From assembly GCF_009914755.1 (NCBI RefSeq), contig NC_060930.1: a DNA stretch of 64,000 nt. One strand, written 5' to 3'. The stretch comes from the human T2T-CHM13v2.0 reference genome, Homo sapiens. The notes under the pieces were generated by a model. It made no database searches. It was not told the DNA's origin and saw only the letters and a program-made list of their open reading frames with translations. Below are positions 1 to 10,408 of this stretch, piece by piece; positions within the stretch are counted from its first letter, which is position 1, and every line of letters starts with the position of its first letter. Both the position numbers and the translations under genes were made by a program.

Positions 1-61
1 CGGTTTTGACCATTAGGGTAACATTGTTACATAAATGTGCTTTTTCTTAAATATTTGAGAG

Positions 62-325
62 ACTGTGTAGCAGAGTGTGTCATGCTTGGACTCTAAGCTA
101 CACTCCAGGATGCCTGGGCTCAGACCTTAGTCCTCCAGTTGTGAGCCACGTGACCATGGGACATTTGTTGTTATTCACAGCCCCGTGCCTTAGGCTCCTC
201 GTCTTCAGCATGAGGATTATAATAATGTGTACCTCCTAGGCTTGATCTGGGGATTAAGTGAGTTAACACAAAGAACTTGGAACTGAGCTTAGCACATAGT
301 AAATGTTAAGTGTTTGCTTTTATTG
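62..325 (+). mobile_element. MIR SINE (degenerate)
   Basis: Core-like gtgaccatggg...ggattataataatg..acctc...ggattaagtgagttaa...agcacatagtaaatg. Confidence 0.7.
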
Positions 326-614
326 CAGTTATTAATCCAATCCTACCTCTGCTGGAAATCCTTGAGAAGCTCCTCCTTATGGACAGGATAAATCTCAAAC
401 TTAGAAGCCTGGTACACAAGGCCCTGCCAGACCCAGCCTCTCCCCTCTATCCCCCCGTCAGCCACACACAGCGCCCCAGTGGCTGTCCCAAGTCAGTCTG
501 CCCTTGCCATTAAGCCGGTGTCCCCAGCCTCTCAGCCATAAGTGCCCTTTCCCCTCTTCTGCCACAGTCCCCAGCCAACAATGAAACCCCCATCAAGTGG
601 CACCAACAATTTTG

Positions 615-765
615 ATACTTTACATCCATTATATGGTTTAATCCTGAGAACACCTCTTCATGTGGACAGTGTTAGGATTATCTGTTTTACAGAGAAGAGA
701 ATGAAACAAGAAAAGATGCAAGCAACTCCCCTAAGGTCCTACAGGCAGGCAGTGCAGAGGCTCAC
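615..765 (-). mobile_element. MIR fragment
   Basis: tttaatcct...gttttacagagaagagaatgaaac...aaggtcctacag, reverse MIR core. Confidence 0.55.
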
Positions 766-979
766 CCAGCTGCAGGCTCTCCCAGCCCCTGAAGCCAGCT
801 CCTGAGGGTTCAGCTCCAGAAGTGCTCATTCAGAGGACTCTCCACCAACCCCCACCAAGGGGACCCTCAAGCCCTCAGCCCCCATCAGACTCACTCTCCC
901 TTCTCTCTTGCACTTTTCACATTGCATGCTTTGTTTTGCTTTTATCCTTTTTCTTGTTTTCACCCTTGCTGCTTTACTG

Positions 980-1035
980 CACACACACACACATGCATAC
1001 CCATACGTGCACGTGCATGCACACACACACACATA
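980..1035. repeat. Interrupted (CA)n
   Basis: cacacacacacatgcatac...gcacacacacacacatac. Confidence 0.8.
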
Positions 1036-1329
1036 CCCATGTAGATGTGAGCTTCTCGAGTGCAAGAACTGGATTGTATTTAGCTTTACGTCACCTGTGC
1101 CTAGAACAGCTTCTGGAATGTAGTAAGTGTATAGTTATGTTACATGGATGGAGAAAGGCTTCCAAAAAATAGTAAGGACTGATTGGGAAACACTAATCCA
1201 TATTCCACACACACTTGTCTTTCGCATTTATGTAATTTCAACATTCAGTTATCAGGAGGCAGCACATTTTATTGGTCAAATACATGGGTCCCCGAGCCAG
1301 TTTGCTTGAGCTTCAGTACTAATCTTCTA

Positions 1330-1470
1330 GCTCTTGATTTTTCTCATTTGTAAATGGAGTCCTGGGGTATCTATATTTCATGTGGTTATTGGAAGAAATG
1401 AATGAATTCATTGGTGCAAAGCACTTAACCAAGTGCCCAGCACACACTGTGGTTCAGCAGCTGTTATGAT
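1330..1470 (+). mobile_element. MIR fragment
   Basis: ttttctcatttgtaaatgg...gcaaagcacttaaccaagtgcccagcacac. Confidence 0.6.
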
Positions 1471-1554
1471 TGAAGTAGTATCATGTGTACCTTTGATTTA
1501 CTTGAATCTATCTACACACAATCAAAAGGTGTGAAAGGAAAGGGAAAACAACTG

Positions 1555-3480
1555 CCATCCCTCACCCCCGCCTCCGGCCCTGCCCGCCGTCCCCCACCCC
1601 CGCCTCCGACCCTGCCCTCCATCCCTCACCCCCCGCCTCCGGCCCTGCCCGCCAGCCCTCACCTCCGCCTCCGACCCTGCCCGCCTTCCCTCACCCCCGC
1701 CTCCGGCCCTGCCCTCCGTCCCCCACCCCCGCCTCCGGCCCTGCCCTCCATCCCTCACCCCCGCCTCCGGCCCTGCCCTCCGGCCCTCACCCCAGCCTCC
1801 GGCCCTGCCCTCCGTCCCCCACCCCAGCCTCCGACCCTGCCCGCCAGTCCTCACCCCCGCCTCCGACCCTGCCCGCCTTCCCTCACCCCCGCCTCCGGCC
1901 CTGCCCTCCGGCCCTCACCCCAGCCTCCGACCCTGCCCTCCGTCCCCCACCCCCGCCTCCGGCCCTGCCCTCCGTCCCTCACCCCCGCCTCCGGCCCTGT
2001 TCTCCGTCCCCCACCCCAGCCTCCGGCCCTGCCCTCCGTCCCCCACCCCCGCCTCCGACCCTGCCCTCCGTCCCCCACCCCCGCCTCCGGCCCTGCCCTC
2101 CGTCCCCCACCCCCGCCTCCGACCCTGCCCTCCGTCCCCCACCCCCGCCTCCGGCCCTGCCCTCCGTCCCCCACCCCCGCCTCCGGCCCTGCCCGCCAGC
2201 CCTCACCCCCGCCTCCGACCCTGCCGTCCGTCCCCCACCCCAGCCTCCGACCCTGCCCGCCAGCCCTCACCCCCGCCTCCGACCCTGCCCGCCAGCCCTC
2301 ACCCCCGCCTCCGACCCTGCCCTCCGTCCCTCACCTCCGCCTCCGACCCTGACCTCCGTCCCTCACCCCCGCCTCCGGCCCTGCCCGCCAGCCCTCACCC
2401 CCGCCTCCGACCCTGCCCGCCTTCCCTCACCCCCGCCTCCGGCCCTGCCCTCCGGCCCTCACCCCAGCCTCCGACCCTGCCCTCCGTCCCCCACCCCCGC
2501 CTCCGGCCCTGCCCTCCGTCCCTCACCCCCGCCTCCGGCCCTGTTCTCCGTCCCCCACCCCAGCCTCCGGCCCTGCCCTCCGTCCCCCACCCCCGCCTCC
2601 GACCCTGCCCTCCGTCCCCCACCCCCGCCTCCGGCCCTGCCCTCCGTCCCCCACCCCCGCCTCCGACCCTGCCCTCCGTCCCCCACCCCCGCCTCCGGCC
2701 CTGCCCTCCGTCCCCCACCCCCGCCTCCGGCCCTGCCCGCCAGCCCTCACCCCCGCCTCCGACCCTGCCGTCCGTCCCCCACCCCAGCCTCCGACCCTGC
2801 CCGCCAGCCCTCACCCCCGCCTCCGACCCTGCCCTCCGTCCCTCACCTCCGCCTCCGACCCTGACCTCCGTCCCTCACCCCCGCCTCCGGCCCTGCCCGC
2901 CAGCCCTCACCCCCGCCTCCGACCCTGCCATCCGTCCCTCACCTCCGCCTCCGACCCTGACCTCCGTCCCTCACCCCCGCCTCCGGCCCTGACCTCCGTC
3001 CCTCACCTCCGCCTCCGACCCTGACCTCCGTCCCTCACCCCCGCCTCCGGCCCTGACCTCCGTCCCTCACCTCCGCCTCCGACCCTGCCCTCCGTCCCTC
3101 ACCTCCGCCTCCGGCCCTGCCCGCCGTCCCCCACCCCCGCCTCCGACCCTGCCCTCCGTCCCCCACCCCAGCCTCCGACCCTGCCCGCCAGCCCTCACCC
3201 CCGCCTCCGACCCTGCCCTCCGTCCCTCACCCCCGCCTCCGACCCTGCCCTCCGTCCCTCACCTCCGCCTCCGACCCTGCCCTCCGTCCCTCACCTCCGC
3301 CTCCGGCCCTGCCCTCCGTCCCTCACCTCCGCCTCCGGCCCTGCCCGCCGTCCCCCACCCCCGCCTCCGGCCCTGCCCGCCAGCCCTCACCCCCTTCTCC
3401 GACCCTGCCCTCCGTCCCTCACCTCCGCCTCCGACCCTGCCCGCCCGCCCTCACCCTCGCCTTTGACCCTGCCCGCCAGC
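1555..3480 (+). repeat. GC-rich VNTR, 32-bp unit (CCCTGCCCTCCGTCCCCCACCCCCGCCTCCGG and variants), ~60 copies
   Basis: 32-nt periodicity read directly; extreme C skew on +; repetitive Pro-rich and Gly/Arg-rich ORFs in the track. Confidence 0.97.
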
Positions 3481-4151
3481 TCTCCTGCTGCCGTGTGCCG
3501 TGCTTGTGCTGGGACAGTTTTCCGAGATGTGGCAGCCAGCACAAACCAGCTGCTCGATCTGGTACTCAAGCAAAAAAAGAAAGAAAGAAAGAAAAATATT
3601 ATTCCCAACTTAGAGGAAAACTGGGGCTCATGTCAGGTTCCCGCGTGACACCTTCCTGTGGGGTTTTAAAGGATGATTTTGACCATATGTGCATGTCGTC
3701 TTACACGTTGTCTTTTTGAGCCCTTTCACATGACTGTTGAAGGTAGCAGTGATCTAGTGGTGTGATCTCAAGAGTGGTGCTCACCATTTTGGTTAAAATA
3801 TAAGAATATGTGGTGTTGAATGGATTGAGGCAGCACTCGGTGTCCCTTGCCTATTCATAGGGTTTGTTTTTTGTTTTTTTGTTTGTTTCTTTTTATGACC
3901 AGCCTGAATTTCTCTTCATCAGTGCAGTGGTCCTCTGGGGCTGTCTGTATTTGAGTCACTCTCTGAGGGCCTGGGAGTGTGCAGAGAGAGCATGTTTGAG
4001 ACTGGCAGCTGCACCAGCAGCAACAGGAAGGGCCTATAACGGTCATGACTAATACTCCGTGCTGATCGCATTGTTGGACAAAAAGTATTTCCAGTGAATG
4101 TTGTCACAAGTTTAAATAAAAGGCTTTACTTTGTGTTTGCTTTTTGTTTAG

Positions 4152-4479
4152 GTAACTACTCCAGACCCCCAGCGTATAGTGGGGTGCCCAGTGCAAGCTA
4201 CAGCGGCCCAGGGCCCGGTATGGGTATCAGTGCCAACAACCAGATGCATGGACAAGGGCCAAGCCAGCCATGTGGTGCTGTGCCCCTGGGACGAATGCCA
4301 TCAGCTGGGATGCAGAACAGACCATTTCCTGGAAATATGAGCAGCATGACCCCCAGTTCTCCTGGCATGTCTCAGCAGGGAGGGCCAGGAATGGGGCCGC
4401 CAATGCCAACTGTGAACCGTAAGGCACAGGAGGCAGCCGCAGCAGTGATGCAGGCTGCTGCGAACTCAGCACAAAGCAG
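4152..4479 (+). CDS. ARID1B: ARID1B coding exon, 328 nt (~exon 8): (G)[10 protein letters not shown]...AANSAQS(R)
   Basis: tttttgtttag| acceptor, CAG|gtacgc donor, phase 1 to 2; lies within ORF 4094..4540. Confidence 0.95.
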
Positions 4480-6252
4480 GTACGCCACCCAGGAGCACGC
4501 CCCGGGCAGGTACGCTGTGTGTCTACCCGTGACCACGTGACTGCGCACATAGCTGCATTGTTCCCTGGGGTCACACAGAGCAGTAGAATGTCACTGTGCT
4601 TGGCCGTTCTTTTTGTGTTAAATATATTCTGTAGCATCGAGGTCAGAGAACTAAGTGACAAACCATGTTTTATGATACATGAGGAAGGAATGTGAGCGGT
4701 GAGCACATCAGTCGTGGGAGGTGATTTGAAATGCCTGTGAATAGTCATTGCAGCAGCAAACCAGATCTGGTTGCACAGGGAAGTGTCTGCGTGGTACCAA
4801 TTGAAGCAGTGACTTTTAAGCAGGAAATACGCTTAGGAACGATTTAAAATCTAAAACATTCAAAAGGAACACACTCCCCACCTTTTTTTCACCCTACCAC
4901 AAGAATCTTCCTAAAATACAAACTTCGTATGTATACATACGTGTATTGTGTGTTTGTCTAAATGTATATGTGTGAGATTTATATACTTGACATTCTTATG
5001 TTATATTTTATTTTTCCAGGCATATCTATCTGTCCAAACCAAAATGTGGTTTAAAAAGCAAATATAATATTTTAGAAAGTTTGAGTTGATAAAAGGCTTT
5101 AGCTACAATTACTTACTCATTTTTAATCCCGACTTAAAAATTAATTTTGAAGTAAATACTTGACCTGGATAAAAATAACATAATTAAAAATTTATAAGGC
5201 AAAGGTGAATATGTTTTAAAAGCACATGTAAATATGTTTTAAAGCAACATACTTTGAAAGATGTGTATCTTAATGATATCTTCAGAAGCAAAGTAGAAGA
5301 TTCCGATTTTTGTCAAAGGGAAGCAAAAGCTAAGGTGTGTGTGCGTGTGTGCATGTGTGTGCGTGTGTTTTTAAATGTGTCTTTTGTTACTTTTCCTCTG
5401 AAGCTGCTATCTGGGGAATGTGGGACCCCTCCAGTCTTATTGTTTTTTCCAAATAATAATAAATTTCCCTTGAGGAAATAAAATGAAAATCAATCATTAT
5501 CTTTCTTTCTGTCTCCACATTACAATTACTTAAAATCTTCTGAACTCCAGCAGTCTAGCCCTCTGCCGAACCTACACAGGCTTTAGGGAATATTTTTGTA
5601 AACCTGTCTGTGAAAACTGGTTTGGCTGTTGAAATTGAAGTTCTAATTCAAGTTTAAATGAATTGTCCATTGTTGCAACTCATAAAGCGCAAGTTATTTT
5701 CTTTTTTTAAGTAGAAAGTATTTGATTGCATTTGGCACGCAGCCTTTGGAGGGACCTCAGAAGATAGCCACAGAGAGCCAGGCCTGATTTTGTGTGGTTA
5801 CAAAGCTACGCGTGCCCCCTCTCTGAGTCAGTGTTTATGTCATCCTGTAGCAATCAATATATAAATACACATCCATGCATTGCCATTTTCCGTTTCTAAT
5901 GCGTAGACCATTCCAAAGCCTTGCCTTCAACTTACTGCCCATTTTAGCTCACCAGGAGTTTAAATGGGGGCTGTATATCTTCTTGTTTGCTTTTACCAAA
6001 GTCAAAGCTATACTTTAAAATGGTAAATGGAGATTAGAATTGAGAATATTACTTTTCTCTGCCTGTCCCCACCCTTTCGTTGGAGGCATTTTCTGTACCC
6101 CCCACCCCTCAGGCAGCGGCAGGATGCAGGGTATTCAACTTGCCTCCATGGTCTGTAAGCCCCGCACCTATGTGTGGGGGTGACAGATATACAGGGCTCA
6201 TGCTTGTGCATCAGAACAAATCCCAAGAAGCTGTTCTTCTGTTCCACTTTAG

Positions 6253-6381
6253 GCCACCATACATTAGGTCGCCTGCTTATCCCAGCCAGTCTGGGGCTGG
6301 CGGACGCCCCATGTTTTCTTCCCAGCACCCCAACTATGGCAACTCTCAGGCTCCCATGGTGCACCAGCCTGACCAGTACGG
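6253..6381 (+). CDS. ARID1B: Putative alternative cassette exon, 129 nt/43 aa: PPYIRSPAYPSQSGAGGRPMFSSQHPNYGNSQAPMVHQPDQYG
   Basis: gttcttctgttccactttag| acceptor, CGG|gtaggt donor, symmetric phase 2-2 matching both neighbours, no stop, P/Q/S/G/Y composition like flanking exons. Confidence 0.7.
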
Positions 6382-9229
6382 GTAGGTAGCAACACACCCC
6401 GACTTGCTGCGGGACCTGGGCGTTTTCTCTGAAACTGTTAACGATCGTGCCGTCTGGCCGCGAAAGGAACACCCAAACCAAGAAAGCGAAACACCTAACA
6501 GAAAATCCATCTCCAAGGGGGTTGTCCTTCTGTCCATTTTTGTTGGTGTGTTTGTTTCGTTTTCCTTTCGTATTAACAGTACTGTGGCCGTTCGGTGGAA
6601 ACCCGCATGCGTCCTCAGGCCCTGTCTGTGCATGGCTTTCGGCATGGCTGCTTTCCTTCATGCCTGAGAGGGAAATAGAAACTTTGATCTGTGTCGAAGA
6701 CATGATGTCACCACCTCTGGCGTCATTTCCCCCATTGTTGTCATTGTTTTGTCTAGGAACCTGTGTTGTGCAGCGCTGTTCTCATGACTATATTATCACT
6801 CCTGCTGCTACAGTGAGCGGCTGCCATACCCACCCCCAAATTAAGAGCACAGCATCTCATTTGACAAGAGACTCACTGCAGTTGAGCTGACAGGCTATTC
6901 ATAGGACTTAGGAGGAGTTTCATTATATCACCACCAAGCAAATGTCTGTGCCAAAAACTTCTATTATTTTTTCTCCAGCGAGTATCAGAATATTGAAGTC
7001 ACCAGGAAAATACAACAAAATAATCCAACAGATAATTTTCTGTCTAAACACAGTGTTGCCATATTATTCTCAATTTCAACACAGGAATTACATACAGCAA
7101 CAAAAAGTATCTCTTCTTTCCTACTACAAAACTGTGTAATATCAGGTTCTGTCACCATGTTTAGGTTAGTAAATGCTCTTAAAGTCTATTACTATTGAGT
7201 GAATTGCTAAAAAAAATAATTATTGCTATCATCCTGGGCAGACTTAATCATGTTTGGTAGTTAGTTTTAGTAGAGACATGCCCCATCTTTGGTTAAAATC
7301 AAACAGGGAACTATCACCTAGCTTTGTTTAAACAGTAAACTTATAGAACTATGCTTTCACTACTGGTTATGAATGCCTGACAGAGCTTTTTAGTAGTTTT
7401 ATATTCAGTTTACATTTATTTAGACAGAACAAATGATAATTTTGGAATCGAGAGTTCTAAAGTCTGTAAACATGGCCCTAAATGTGGACCAACAAATATA
7501 GAATCCTGTAAACATCATCCCCAAAGTGAAATAACAAATATAGAATGAGGTAAACATGGTTATTCTTGGGAAATTGGCTTTTCCTCTTTCTTACTTTCTT
7601 GTGGTACCTTCAAGGTCAATTCATGAGTCAGTAGGAAGATAACAGTCGGAGGAAGCAAGCATTCATCATCTGCAGCTAATCCATAGGATCTGTCCTTTTA
7701 CCAACTCCAGAGGCCTCTTTAGACCCACAAAGCTAGTTTGACTGTGCCTTGCCAAACCACATTAAGCAGCTGTGTAAAATGAATTTAAATGGCATGCATC
7801 AGAGTGAAATCTCTTCCACTGGGGCAGAAAATCGATGTTAGCTAACCAGCACGAGGAGATCAAATCTGTATTTCAGCCAGCAGCATCCAGATAGCTTCCT
7901 TAGAGTACAACACCTCCTCCTTAATTAAAAATAAGAAAAAGAAAAATGTTGGCGTTATTCTATGTAAATCTTATAAAGCACACTTGGCAAGGGCTCATAT
8001 TCATAGCCCCATGACTGTTAGCTGTGAATTTTAACTTTTATGTCTACACTATTCTTTCTAAAAAAAGAAAGAAGTTAAGTTTTATTTCTATTTTAAATCT
8101 TCCTTCTGTTCACTTCGCAATGCACATAACCTGTGTTGTGCCTTTTTTAAAAGCAGAAGCTTGAATCTGAGAAAACATGTGTATGACATGTTTTAGTGCT
8201 CTGGGTTGAGAAATCTGATTTTCAACATGCTTTTGCTTTACTTATTTAACAGCTTGTTGCAGCAAACTCGTGGTTTTGCTTTGATTTTTGTTCCCCCATT
8301 GATGGCTCTGTTAGGTTGAAGTTAGGTTGGCGATTAGAAAAGCTAGTTTGCTAAATGTTAGTTTCTCTTTGGGAGAGGAAGAAATGGCATAGTGTGGGAT
8401 TCACAGAGCTTGTCAGAATGACTTCTTTCTCAAGGCACAATCCCAAAGGACCTAGAGCCCATGGAAGAATCTGAAAAGGACAAATTAATGATGAAGGTGG
8501 AGCGTGAGTGAGTGTGTGTCTGCAATTAGATAAAAACAGAATGCTCATTGTAAAAATGAAGGATTGGGGCAATTATGCTTCAGATTTTCTCAGCTGGTCA
8601 AGTATAAGATAGTAGAGAGAAAAAACATGCAAGTTTAACTGGTTAGAAACTGTTTTATTAATTTCTTTGAGAGTGACAATATGAAGGTAAAATCGACCTG
8701 CTGCATTGAATAAATTAAGAAACATAGATTAATTTTTTTTCTTTTTCACCTTTTGAGTAAATTCCTCATTTTGATCATCAGAGGATTTACAATAGAATCT
8801 GGTGAATCTTCTTGTTCACGTACTAGATTCACTGTGCAGTAATATCCAGTCATTTGAAGTTAATGGTTTATAAGTAATATCTGTACAGAACCCTCCTCCT
8901 TCTACACACTGATACCCTTTTTATCTGAAAATGCATTGTTGTGTACAGTTTTAAAGCATTGCTAGTTAAGGAATTTACTTTTGAAGATATAAGAAACAGA
9001 GAGTTGGAAATACTAGCTGATCTTACTAAAAGCCTACTTCAGGAATGGCAAATTAGTTCCATCCATCTGTAGATCAGTTCTCGTGGCTCTCTGTAGCATC
9101 ATTTTGGAGGATTCTGAGCCATTACCTGAGCATAGGTGAGCCAAAGTTTGCCAGAAGCTTAGGAAGAACTTTGGCCTACCACTTCCTAAAGAGCATAGCT
9201 GTGGATCCCAGGCTAAACACAGGCTTTAA

Positions 9230-9467
<238 letters not shown>

Positions 9468-10096
9468 TTGTAACATTTTTTAAATGACTGAATCCATTAT
9501 GTTTAAAGGCTGTGCGTGCAGATGTGCACAGGTAGAATAACTTTCCCCCATTCATTCCATGTGTCTTACGTCCTTTTATTAGTCCTAGATGGTACCTGGT
9601 GATGTCCAGCAATTGACAGCTCTTCAAAATACAACTGATTGTGGATTTGGAAATTTCAGCATTATCCAGAATTTTTTCTTGGAAATGAGCTCTAGGAGGA
9701 AGCATGATTTCACTGAATTTACAGAAGATCTCACAAGCCCTGGATCTTTAAGCCAGGGTAGATGGACAAACAGATTTTAATTCCTTAAGGCCTGCTACCC
9801 TAGCACCTCACATATATAAATTTTGATCAAGTCTTGAGTGACTTGAGATTGTGTCAAAATTCTGGCAGGGATCTTTAAGCTAATACTGTGTTCATAAGAA
9901 GAGGTTCCATAAGGACACAGAGTTTCAATTATAGAATGAGCAGATCTCAGAACTGGGAAGGTTTTAGACGTTACCCAGCCTCTATTTCTTGATTTTATGG
10001 TGGAGTCAACAAAGACCTACAGGGTCACCCACTCAGAATCATTGAGTCAGGAGCAGGGTCCTTGTCATCTGGTCCTGTTGTTGTTCTGCTCTTCTG

Positions 10097-10408
10097 TTTT
10101 TTTTTTTGTTTTTTTTTTTTTTTTTTGAGTTGGAGTCTCACTCTGTCGCCAGGCTGGAGTGCAGTTGCACAATATCGGCTCACTGCAACCTCCGCCTCCT
10201 GGTTCAAGTGATTCTCCTGCCTCAGCCTCCCGAGTAGCTGGGACTACAGGCACCTGCCACCATGCCTGGCTAATTTTTGTATTTTTTTTTAGTAGAGACG
10301 GGCTTTCACCAATTTGGCCAGGATGGCCTTGATCTCTTAACGTCGTGATCCACCCGCCTCGGCCTCCCAAAGTGCTGGGATTACAGGCATGAGCTACTGC
10401 GCCCGGCC
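10097..10408 (-). mobile_element. Full-length Alu (AluSc-like)
   Basis: Poly-T, both arms, gatctctt..cgtcgtgatc and tcgccagg diagnostics; flanking tgctcttct repeat (TSD-like). Confidence 0.93.

Noticed and set aside
1483-2814. 289-aa Pro-rich ORF and Gly/Arg-rich antisense ORFs
   Set aside because: They arise from the stop-poor 32-bp VNTR; no splice or promoter context
1555-3480. CRISPR-like array, or PRDM9 13-mer array
   Set aside because: Units are head-to-tail with no unique spacers, in a mammalian intron; the best PRDM9 alignment (CCTCCGTCCCCCA) misses the final C of CCNCCNTNNCCNC
6008-6703. 231-aa antisense ORF
   Set aside because: No recognisable domain; overlaps the putative cassette exon and is likely a shadow ORF
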